This document shows positions 8,938 through 16,587 of a stretch of DNA of 39,690 nt, in pieces (position 1 is the stretch's first letter; every line of letters begins with the position of its first letter). Both the position numbers and the translations under genes were made by a program. This DNA comes from Trueperaceae bacterium (GTDB lineage: Bacteria > Deinococcota > Deinococci > Deinococcales > Trueperaceae). The notes under the pieces are model-generated. The model worked only from the letters and a program-made list of their open reading frames with translations, was not told the origin of the DNA and did not search any database. The DNA lies in assembly GCA_041655195.1 (NCBI GenBank), contig JBBAFX010000001.1, positions 1 to 39,690 of the forward strand, written 5' to 3'.

Positions 8938-9558
8938 GTGATGACGGCTCCATCCGGGCCCCAGACTGACCCACGGCTGCTGGCAGAGCGACTAGCCGCG
9001 GCCACCCCCCGCAAGTTACAGATCGACGGTTTCAGGCGCGCCAGTGTGCTGGTGCCGCTGCTTTACGGACCGGACGGTGTGGAGGTCCTCTTCACCGTGC
9101 GCGCCGCGCGGCTCAAGAGCCACGCTGGTGAAATAGCCTTCCCCGGCGGCCGGCTGGACCCCGGCGAGACCCACGTGGAAGCTGCCCTGCGCGAGACCGA
9201 GGAAGAGGTCGGCCTGAGCGTGACGCCGGACCAGGTGCTCGGCCGACTCTCCGATCACCCCTCGCCAGCCGGTTACGTGGCCACCCCGTACGTGGCGCAA
9301 GTGCCGTGGCCGCAGGAGCTGACCCTCAACCCGGGCGAGGTCGACGCCGTCTTCACGGTGCCACTAGCGGAGCTGCTAGCGATAGAACCCCAGACGCGTG
9401 TGGCCGAACTCGCCAGGTACCGGCGCCTGCTTTACTCGTACCCGTGGGGCGAGTACCTCATCTGGGGCTTCACGGGCAACGTGGTGCGTGACCTGCTCGA
9501 AGTTATCGCCGGCGATCCCACCGGTCCTAACGACCCCTTCGACCCGAGGGATCCCTAA
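8938..9558 (+). CDS. NUDIX hydrolase, CoA pyrophosphatase subtype
   Basis: Nudix box GGRLDPGETHVEAALRETEEEVGL, preceded by the CoA-type signature VLFTVRAARLKSHAGEIAFPGG. The start is GTG 8938 or ATG 8941. Confidence 0.85.
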   Translation: MMTAPSGPQTDPRLLAERLAAATPRKLQIDGFRRASVLVPLLYGPDGVEVLFTVRAARLKSHAGEIAFPGGRLDPGETHVEAALRETEEEVGLSVTPDQVLGRLSDHPSPAGYVATPYVAQVPWPQELTLNPGEVDAVFTVPLAELLAIEPQTRVAELARYRRLLYSYPWGEYLIWGFTGNVVRDLLEVIAGDPTGPNDPFDPRDP

Positions 9559-9560
9559 CC

Positions 9561-11066
9561 ATGAGCGCTGACCGCGAGCAGGAGACCCAGAAGAGCGGAC
9601 CGCGCCTGGCTAAACCGCGCGAACTGACCGTGCTGCGCGGCGAGGAGCGCTACCCGTACTCCGCAGGCTCGGTGGTGGAGGCGCTGCAGAGCGCCGGCGT
9701 GCCCACCGAGGACGCTATGGACCTCACCCACGACGTGGAGCGCAAGCTGCGCCACCGCGGCGCCAAAGCCGTGGAGCTGGAGGAGCTGCGCGGCATGGTG
9801 GCTGCCGAAGTGCGCCGCCGCACCAGCGACGAGGCGGCCAAACGCTTCCTCAGGCAGACCCCGCCGTTCGTGCCGCTGCTGGTGGGTCCCCGCGGCAAGG
9901 CGCTCACGCGGCGCCGGCTGACCTCCAGCCTCGAGAAGATAGGCCTCGGCTTCAAAGAGGCCAACGTGGTGGCTTACCAGGTCGAGCAGGGCGTGCGTTC
10001 CGAGGGGCTGGAGCGCATAACCCGCGAGGAACTGGCGCGGCGCGTGGCGCTCATCCTGGAGGGCCGCTTCGGCCGCGACGTGCGCCTGCGTTACGAGATG
10101 ATCACCTCCACCTCGTTCGAACTGAAGGTGCACGAGCCGGGCGGCGACACGCTGCCTTACTCCCGTGGCATCCTGGCGCAGTCCCTCACGGCCATCGGGC
10201 TCACCCCCGAACTGTCTCACAACATCGCCAAACGCGTGGAGACCGCTCTGTACGCCACGAACGCGTCCGTGGTTCAGCGCTCGCAGGTGCGCGACGAGGT
10301 CGTGAGCCTGCTCAAGAAGGAAGCCGGCGACGAGTTCGCGCAGCGGTACCTCATGATGCGGCAGACCCGCCGGCGCGACAAACCGCTGGTGGTGCTGTTC
10401 GGGGGCGCGCCCGGGGTGGGCAAGTCGGCCATAGCCAGCGAGGTGGGTTACCGCTTAGGCGTGCCGCGCATTGTGTCCACCGACAGCGTCAGGCAGGCGC
10501 TGCGGTCCCTCATCGGCCCCGAACTGAGCCCTGTGCTGCACGCCAGCACGTACGAAGCGTGGCGCGCTGACCTGCTGCCCCGTGAACTGCAGACCGCCAC
10601 ACCCGAACCCATGCGCGTGCTGCGCGGGTTCCTCGCGCAGGTCAACCAGCTCAAGCCGGCGCTGACCGCCATCGTGCAGCGCAACATCTACGAGGCCACC
10701 TCCATAGTCATGGAGGGCGTGCAACTGATCCCCGGCGTGTCGCCCGCCCTGCACGTGGAGGGCGCCACCGTCATCTCCATCGTGCTAAGCGTGGAGGACG
10801 AGGAGGACCACCTGAAGCACTTCGCCACGCGCGAGGGCCAAACTGGCAGCAAGCGCGGCCAGCAGAACTACTTAGATCACTTCGAGGAGATACGCATACT
10901 GCAGCAGTACGTAGCGGACCAGGCCGTGCATCACGGAGTGCCGGTAGTGGAGGCCAGCGACTTCGACCGCGCCGTGGAACGCTGCATAGACATCGTCCTG
11001 GACCTGCTCATGCTCGAGCAGCGGCGCCAGCTCGAGGCCGCGGAGAACGCCAGCCAGCCTTCATGA
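9561..11066 (+). CDS. three ATP-cone-like repeats fused to a 2-phosphoglycerate-kinase-like P-loop kinase
   Basis: Three ~85-aa repeats fit the ATP-cone pattern, starting near LTVLRGEERYPYS, PLLVGPRGKALTRRRL and ELKVHEPGGDTLPYS. They are followed by the Walker A motif VVLFGGAPGVGKSAIASEVGYRLGVPRIVSTDSVRQ. The ATG lies 2 nt after the NUDIX stop. Confidence 0.75.
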   Translation: MSADREQETQKSGPRLAKPRELTVLRGEERYPYSAGSVVEALQSAGVPTEDAMDLTHDVERKLRHRGAKAVELEELRGMVAAEVRRRTSDEAAKRFLRQTPPFVPLLVGPRGKALTRRRLTSSLEKIGLGFKEANVVAYQVEQGVRSEGLERITREELARRVALILEGRFGRDVRLRYEMITSTSFELKVHEPGGDTLPYSRGILAQSLTAIGLTPELSHNIAKRVETALYATNASVVQRSQVRDEVVSLLKKEAGDEFAQRYLMMRQTRRRDKPLVVLFGGAPGVGKSAIASEVGYRLGVPRIVSTDSVRQALRSLIGPELSPVLHASTYEAWRADLLPRELQTATPEPMRVLRGFLAQVNQLKPALTAIVQRNIYEATSIVMEGVQLIPGVSPALHVEGATVISIVLSVEDEEDHLKHFATREGQTGSKRGQQNYLDHFEEIRILQQYVADQAVHHGVPVVEASDFDRAVERCIDIVLDLLMLEQRRQLEAAENASQPS

Positions 11067-11185
11067 ACAGCGTTGACCGCGCGTTCCGGCGCACCTCACC
11101 GGGCAGCCGCCGCGCGCCGCCCAGCTGCATGAAGAATGTTATCGCCCCTCTGGGGCGCGCCACATAGACTGCCGCGAGGAGACCC

Positions 11186-12148
11186 ATGGCAACCCCCGCG
11201 ATCGCATCCGACGCACTCACGAAGAGTTACGGCAACCGCACGGTAGTGGACGATTTCACCTTCCGCGTTAACCCCGGCGAGGTGTACGCGCTGGTGGGAC
11301 CGAACGGCGCTGGTAAGACGACCGTCATCCGCCTGGTGGCGGGTTTGGCCTTCCCGACCAGCGGCCAAGTCAGCATCCTTGGTAAGGACCCGCATCAACA
11401 CCCGGCCGTGCGGCGCGAACTGGGGGCGGTGGTAGAGGCGCCCGCGGCGTTCTACCCGTACCTCTCGGGCCGCGCCAACCTCAGGCTGCACGCTGACCTG
11501 GCCGGCGGCGTAGAACCGGGCCGCATAGACGAGGTCCTCAGGCTCATGGAGCTGGACGACGCCGGGGAGCGCAAGGTGGGCGTTTACAGCCTGGGCATGC
11601 GGCAGCGGCTCGGCGTGGCCGCCGCCATACTCACGCGCCCCAAGGTGCTCATGCTCGACGAACCCGCCAGTGGCATGGACCCGCTCAGCCTGCACCTGGT
11701 GCACTCCGTGTTGCGCAAGGCGGCGGGGGAGGGCACGGCCGTGCTCCTCTCCACCCACCACCTGGACGAGGTGGTGGCGTACTGCACGCGCGTGGCGATC
11801 CTCGAGGAGGGGGTGCTCATCGACGAGGTCAACCTCTTCGACAGGCGCGAGCGTTTCCGGGTGAGGGTCACGGACACCAGCCGCGGCCTGCACGCCCTGG
11901 AGGCGCAGCCGGAAGCGGTCACGCACGCCACCATCCGCGGCGGCGAACTGGTGTTCATACCCCGCACGAACGAGGACCTGGGCGCCGTCAGCAGCATCCT
12001 GGCCGCCGCAGGCGTCGGGGTGCTGGAGATGAACCGCGACATCTTCGATCTGCGCGCTTACTACCGTGAGCGCGTCAGCGCCGAGCGCGCTCGCCGCACG
12101 GGCGTGGCGCCCGCCACGGACGTAAGCGGTTACGGGGGGCAAGCGTGA
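11186..12148 (+). CDS. ABC transporter ATP-binding protein (ABC-2 subfamily type)
   Basis: Walker A GPNGAGKTT, signature YSLGMRQRLGV, Walker B VLMLDEPASGMD and H-loop STHH. A GAGGAG lies upstream of the ATG. Confidence 0.92.
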   Translation: MATPAIASDALTKSYGNRTVVDDFTFRVNPGEVYALVGPNGAGKTTVIRLVAGLAFPTSGQVSILGKDPHQHPAVRRELGAVVEAPAAFYPYLSGRANLRLHADLAGGVEPGRIDEVLRLMELDDAGERKVGVYSLGMRQRLGVAAAILTRPKVLMLDEPASGMDPLSLHLVHSVLRKAAGEGTAVLLSTHHLDEVVAYCTRVAILEEGVLIDEVNLFDRRERFRVRVTDTSRGLHALEAQPEAVTHATIRGGELVFIPRTNEDLGAVSSILAAAGVGVLEMNRDIFDLRAYYRERVSAERARRTGVAPATDVSGYGGQA

Positions 12149-12921
12149 TCCTGACCCTCCTCCGCATGGAGTTCGCCAAGATCTGGCGCCTCTCCAGCGT
12201 GCGCTTCGGGCTGGCGCTGCTGGTCGTCTTCCCGCTTTTATGGGCGTACGCACCCGGCATCTTCGAGGTGTACGGCTTCTTCCTCGTGTCCGGCTTCCAG
12301 GTGCCCGCCCTGTCGCTACTCTCCTCCATGCAGTTCCTCCTGCCCCTGCTGGTAGCCATATCCGCCGCCGAGCTACTGGGCACCGAGATAGCCAACGGCA
12401 CGCTGCCGACCATCCTCCTGCGGCCCGTCACGCGGCCCAACTGGCTGGCCGCCAAGCTGATCGTCATAGCCATCTACCCGTTCATCATGCTGCTCGTGTT
12501 CCTGCTGGCCTCGCTGGCCGCGGGCATACCGTTCGGTTTCGCCGGCTTCTTCGGGGGTACTGGCTTGGGCGAGGCTGGGCTGCTCGGCCAGGGCATGCTG
12601 ACGCCCGGGCAAGCGTTCGGGGAGCTGCTGCGCGGTTACCTACTGGCGGCGCTGGCGCTCATCCCCATAGGCATGCTGGCGTTACTTTTCACGGTCGTCT
12701 TCATGAACGCGGCCGGCGGCGCGCTTGCCACACTCGCCTCACTTATCTTCATGCAACTGTTGGTGGTGTTCCCAGCCATCGAACCCTTCCTCCTCACCAC
12801 GCAGCTGAACGCGTACGCCGCCCCCGGCGGCGAGACGGCCTGGGTGGTCGCTCTCATAGCCCTTTACGGTGCGCTCTTCGCGGCCCTAGCGGTCGTACTC
12901 TTCGAGCGGAAGGACTTCTAG
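12145..12921 (+). CDS. ABC-2 family transporter permease
   Basis: 258-aa polytopic hydrophobic protein with about 6 TM segments. The GTG start overlaps the ATPase stop (GTGA). Confidence 0.8.
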   Translation: MILTLLRMEFAKIWRLSSVRFGLALLVVFPLLWAYAPGIFEVYGFFLVSGFQVPALSLLSSMQFLLPLLVAISAAELLGTEIANGTLPTILLRPVTRPNWLAAKLIVIAIYPFIMLLVFLLASLAAGIPFGFAGFFGGTGLGEAGLLGQGMLTPGQAFGELLRGYLLAALALIPIGMLALLFTVVFMNAAGGALATLASLIFMQLLVVFPAIEPFLLTTQLNAYAAPGGETAWVVALIALYGALFAALAVVLFERKDF

Positions 12922-12922
12922 C

Positions 12923-14332
12923 GTGACGCCGCCACAGCGGCCGACGGTCGGCTGGTGGCCGCGCCGTGCGGTCAGGCTGCTGGCGGCGCTGTTCCTGTGC
13001 GCTCTGCCCGCCGCGGTTGCGCAGCAGGCGTCGTACACGATCCAGGTGGTGGCGCTGTCGGACCGCGACTCCGCCACGGACATCATGGGCGACCTGCTCC
13101 GGCAAGGCTTCCCCGCGTACGTCGTGCGCTCCACCTCGTCCGCGGGTGACGTCTTCCGCGTGCGTGTGGGCGCATTCGCGAACCGGCCAGCGGCACTCCT
13201 GTACGCCGAGGCCATGCCCCTGGTAGCCGGAGGTCAGCCCGTGCCTGCCCTGGCCGAAGGCATACCCGCGGGCCTCACGCCGTTGGCGGCGCGCCTGGTG
13301 CTGTCGGAGGACCTCACCGGCCTGGACGCCCGCCTGCTACGCGTGGGTGGTTCCCTGGCGTTACGGACCCAGCAGCGCACACCGCTAACGCAGGCCGAGT
13401 ACGCCATCTTGGGTGGCGGCGCGGTGGAGCGGGTGCGCGCCTGGCAGCTCAGCGTGGCCGACGACGGTTCGCGTGTGGTCGTGCGCGACATGCAGCTCTG
13501 GCCCGACACCTGGCAGGAAGAGCCGGGCGAGGTGCTGGAGGGGTACCAGAGTTCGCTCATAGCCCTCGTAGCCGAACGCCTCGGCCTTGACCCGGGCACG
13601 GTGAGGGCCGCTCGCTACGGCACCACCGCCGGTGCCCCGCGCCTGATCGTGGTGGAGCGCCAAGTGCCCGGCGCGTCGGACGCCGAACTCCTGGGTCTCG
13701 GTTTACCGGTTTCGGGCATGACCCCGGCCGGACCGCTCCAGTACCTGGGCATCCAACCTGAGGAGCTACCCGGCCTGCCGGACGGCGTGCGCGTGGACCT
13801 GGCCACCGGCAGCGTGCAGGGCGAGTTGGCGCCCGCGGCCGCGCCCGCTGCCGCGCCTGCCGCAGACGAAGCACCCGACGCTGACGGTTCTGCTGCGGCT
13901 TCCGCTGAGGGTTCCGCAGAAGAACCAGACGAGCCAGGAGAGCCAGGAGAGCCAGAGGAGCCGGCAGCGGAACAGCCAGGGGCAGAGGAGACTGGGGCTG
14001 AGGAGGCTGAGTCCGAGGAGACTGAATCCGAAGAGACTGAGTCCGAGGTGCTTGGGTCCGAAGAGGCTGAGTCCGAGGAGCTTGAGTCGGAGACGGCCAC
14101 CCCACCGGCTGCTGCTGGCGCCACCTCGGGCACTCAGCTCATCGGCGGGCCTGACTGGTTCGCTCAAGCGGACGGCCCGTTCGTGCGGCTGACGGTGCCG
14201 TCAACCCTTGAAGGGGTCGCTGCCACCACGTGGCGTGCGGCGTTCGGGAGTCCCTTATGGAGCGGGGCTGGTTACTTGCTGGCGCACCAGGACAAGACCT
14301 TGTTCCTATACGACTTCCTCCCGCGCGACTGA
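12923..14332 (+). CDS. SPOR-domain envelope protein with an acidic low-complexity region
   Basis: Signal/anchor segment RAVRLLAALFLCALPAAVAQQ. SPOR-like segment YTIQVVALSDRDSATDIMGDLLRQGFPAYVVRSTSSAGDVFRVRVGAFANRPAALLYAEAM. An E/P/A-rich repeat region sits near the C-terminus. The GTG lies 1 nt after the permease stop. Confidence 0.8.
   Translation: MTPPQRPTVGWWPRRAVRLLAALFLCALPAAVAQQASYTIQVVALSDRDSATDIMGDLLRQGFPAYVVRSTSSAGDVFRVRVGAFANRPAALLYAEAMPLVAGGQPVPALAEGIPAGLTPLAARLVLSEDLTGLDARLLRVGGSLALRTQQRTPLTQAEYAILGGGAVERVRAWQLSVADDGSRVVVRDMQLWPDTWQEEPGEVLEGYQSSLIALVAERLGLDPGTVRAARYGTTAGAPRLIVVERQVPGASDAELLGLGLPVSGMTPAGPLQYLGIQPEELPGLPDGVRVDLATGSVQGELAPAAAPAAAPAADEAPDADGSAAASAEGSAEEPDEPGEPGEPEEPAAEQPGAEETGAEEAESEETESEETESEVLGSEEAESEELESETATPPAAAGATSGTQLIGGPDWFAQADGPFVRLTVPSTLEGVAATTWRAAFGSPLWSGAGYLLAHQDKTLFLYDFLPRD
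13985..14089 (+). repeat. seven tandem 15-bp units (gaggaggctgagtcc-like) encoding an E-E-x-E-S pentapeptide array
   Basis: Read directly. Units start at 13985, 14000, 14015, 14030, 14045, 14060 and 14075. A 9-bp gagccagga array (x4) lies just upstream at 13931..13966. Both arrays are in frame within the SPOR gene. Confidence 0.9.
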
Positions 14333-14345
14333 TCACGCGGGAGGA
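14316..14345. terminator. GC-rich hairpin enclosing the SPOR-gene stop codon (possible terminator between convergent genes)
   Basis: The arm ttcctcccgcg (14316..14325 region) pairs with cgcgggagga (14336..14345) around a 10-nt loop that contains the TGA. No T-tract follows. Confidence 0.3.
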
Positions 14346-14401
14346 GCTTACGGGCGCGGGTAGCGCCGGTTCTACCTAAGTAACAGAGAGCTGAAGTTAG
14401 G

Positions 14402-15424
14402 TCAGCCCACCGCTACCGCGGGTGCCTCGGTGGCGTCGGTTGCGTTGGCGGCGTCCGTAGCACCGGCGTCGCGCGGCACGGGCGGTATGCCTTCCTCGAC
14501 CAGCCACTTCTCGGCCATCATGGCGGCGCGGGTGCCCGCCCCCACGGAGGTGGAGAGCTGGCGGTAGATCTCGTCGGCCACGTCGCCGGCTGCGAACACG
14601 CCGGGTACGTTGGTGAAGACCTCGTCCTTGACAGCCACGTAGCCGGTCGGGCCGAGCTCTACGAAGCCCTTCAGGTAATCGGTGTTGGGCACGTGCCCTA
14701 TGTAGACGAAGACGCCGTCGGTGGGTAGGAAGCCCTCCTCGCCCGTCTGCACGTTCTCGGTCTTGATGCCCTTGACCACGCCGTCCTCGCCCACGATTTC
14801 GGTGGCCACCGTGTGCCACAGGAACTCCATCTTGGGGTTAGCGAAGGCGCGCTGCTGAGCGGCCTGGTTGGCGCGCAGTTCGCCGCGCCTGTGGATGACC
14901 GTGACCTTAGACGCGAACTTGGTGAGGAACGCGCCTTCCTCCACAGCGGCGTCGCCGCCGCCCACCACCACGACCTCGCGGCCGCGGTAGAAGAAGCCGT
15001 CGCACGTGGCGCACGTAGAAACGCCGCGGCCGTACAGCTCGTCCTCGCCCGGCACCCCGAGCAAGCGCGGGTTAGCGCCGGTGGCGATGATGACCACGCT
15101 AGCGTGGTAATCGGCCTCCAGGCCGCTGACGAGGAAGCCGCCCTCAGGCAACTGGGCTATGCGCGTGACCTCGTCCATGACGATGCGGGCCCCGAACCGC
15201 TCGGCCTGCGCCACCATGCGGGCGGAGAGCTCCGACCCGCTGACCGGTTCCGGGAAGCCGGGATAGTTCTCGACGTCTTCCGTCTGTGCTATCTGCCCAC
15301 CCGGAACGGCCTTCTCGATGATTATGCTGCTCAGGTCCGAACGGCCCGTGTAGATGCCGGCGGTAAGCCCCGCGGGGCCAGCGCCGATTATCACGACGTC
15401 GTGACGATGAGTACTCTTTGGCAT
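14402..15424 (-). CDS. trxB: thioredoxin-disulfide reductase
   Basis: FAD motif [14 protein letters not shown], redox centre CATCDG and NADPH motif [15 protein letters not shown] prefer ATG 15424 (MPKSTHRHD), which has a GGAGG 7 nt upstream. The track ORF starts 12 nt earlier, at 15436. There is an Ala/Thr/Asp-rich tail of about 30 aa. Confidence 0.93.
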   Translation of the reverse strand: MPKSTHRHDVVIIGAGPAGLTAGIYTGRSDLSSIIIEKAVPGGQIAQTEDVENYPGFPEPVSGSELSARMVAQAERFGARIVMDEVTRIAQLPEGGFLVSGLEADYHASVVIIATGANPRLLGVPGEDELYGRGVSTCATCDGFFYRGREVVVVGGGDAAVEEGAFLTKFASKVTVIHRRGELRANQAAQQRAFANPKMEFLWHTVATEIVGEDGVVKGIKTENVQTGEEGFLPTDGVFVYIGHVPNTDYLKGFVELGPTGYVAVKDEVFTNVPGVFAAGDVADEIYRQLSTSVGAGTRAAMMAEKWLVEEGIPPVPRDAGATDAANATDATEAPAVAVG

Positions 15425-15717
15425 CCGTGCCTCCATACCTACGAGTGTATAGGAGCGTACGGAGTGTCAGAGTAGGGCTGGAGACCCCGGCTTGTGCCTA
15501 GGTGGAGTGGGCGTGGGCCGCGTGCATTTCGTCACAAGACCGTTGTGGGCGGAGAAATGTCATAAGGGCAGGGAGTGGTTGCTGATACGTTGCACATCGG
15601 AAGAGTTAGGGATGCCGGGGAGCGGCGGCCGGCGGGCGGGGCAGGGAACCCCACCCGGCAGCGCAGGAGTCACCAGCGCAAGAGCCGCACCGGGCCCAGA
15701 AGGAGACGTATCCACGC

Positions 15718-16587
15718 ATGTCGTCCACTACGAACACGTCCCCAGGGCAGAAGGCAGTGAAGGTGGTTGACGAGCAGCCCGGCCACCGTTCTGCGCGGCT
15801 CGAGAAGCCTGCGCTAGGGCGTGCGGAGATCAGCCCGGCGCTGGCAGGCATGGACGCGGACAGCGTCATCGAAGCGACCTCGCGCCTGTTCACTCACGAG
15901 AGCTTCTGCCTCACCGATCTGAAACAAGTCGGTCACCCCATAATCCACGCCAGCACCGAGCTGGCGGCCCTGACGCGCTATTCGGTCACCGACATCGTGG
16001 GCCGCAGCCTCGGGTTCCTGATGAAGAACGACACCGACCAGGACGGCGAGCGCGCCGTGCGCGAGGCCATAGCCAACGGCCGGCCCGCCACCGCCCTCGT
16101 GCGCTCCTGGCGCGCCGACGGCAGCCTCTTCTGGAGCGAACAGCGGCACTACCCCATACATGGCAGCGGTGCCGAGGTCACCCACCTACTCACCGTCGTC
16201 CGCGACGTCAGCGACCAAGTGCACGCCCAGAGCGCTCAGGCAGCCAACCAGGAACTATCCGATTCGTTGGAAGGCGACGGGCGCTTCTTCAGTTACGCCC
16301 TGCTACTGCACGACGACGGCCGCAACGAACTGATCTGGGTTTCGGAAGGGTGGCGCCACCTCACCGGTTACGACCTCGAAGGAGTGGTGAAGAGCGGCAT
16401 CGAGGGCTTCGCGCACGTGGAGGACCGCGAGCGGCTGAAGGAGCGCATGGGTGCGCTGCGGCAAGCCACAAGCGCGTGGATCAGTACCGCATCGTTACGC
16501 ACGGCGGCAAGGTGCTGTGGGTGGAGGACTTCGCCAGCCGGCGCTGGCGTAGCGACGAGGCGGGCATCACCGCCGTCTACGGCATGA
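15718..16587 (+). CDS. N-terminal fragment of a frameshifted PAS(LOV-like)-PAS-GGDEF-EAL protein
   Basis: Residues ~62-167 form a LOV-type PAS domain. A second PAS begins at FFSYALLLHDDGRNELIWVSEGWRHLTGYD. After ...KERMGALRQ (about 16460) the translation becomes low-complexity out-of-frame text, while the PAS fold continues in the frame of ORF 16350..17912. Confidence 0.7.
   Translation: MSSTTNTSPGQKAVKVVDEQPGHRSARLEKPALGRAEISPALAGMDADSVIEATSRLFTHESFCLTDLKQVGHPIIHASTELAALTRYSVTDIVGRSLGFLMKNDTDQDGERAVREAIANGRPATALVRSWRADGSLFWSEQRHYPIHGSGAEVTHLLTVVRDVSDQVHAQSAQAANQELSDSLEGDGRFFSYALLLHDDGRNELIWVSEGWRHLTGYDLEGVVKSGIEGFAHVEDRERLKERMGALRQATSAWISTASLRTAARCCGWRTSPAGAGVATRRASPPSTA

Noticed and set aside
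11067-11185. A possible promoter (TTGACC at 11074) and a small hairpin (cgcccc-tct-ggggcg, 11143..11157) upstream of the ABC transporter.
   Set aside because: No acceptable -10 element sits at the right spacing. The hairpin has only 6 bp, a 3-nt loop and no T-tract, which is too weak to call.
15492-15770. A 92-aa ORF (and the overlapping 61-aa ORF) in the trxB/PAS-gene intergenic region.
   Set aside because: It has no motif, an odd composition and no ribosome-binding site. The region is better explained as the divergent promoter region for trxB and the PAS-GGDEF-EAL gene.
15901-16218. Calling the first PAS domain a blue-light LOV photoreceptor.
   Set aside because: The adduct-forming Cys and the conserved flavin-contacting Asn, Arg and Gln positions are all substituted (GRSLGFLMK instead of GxNCRFLQG). 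A photoreceptor annotation is therefore not supported; it is reported only as a LOV-derived PAS.
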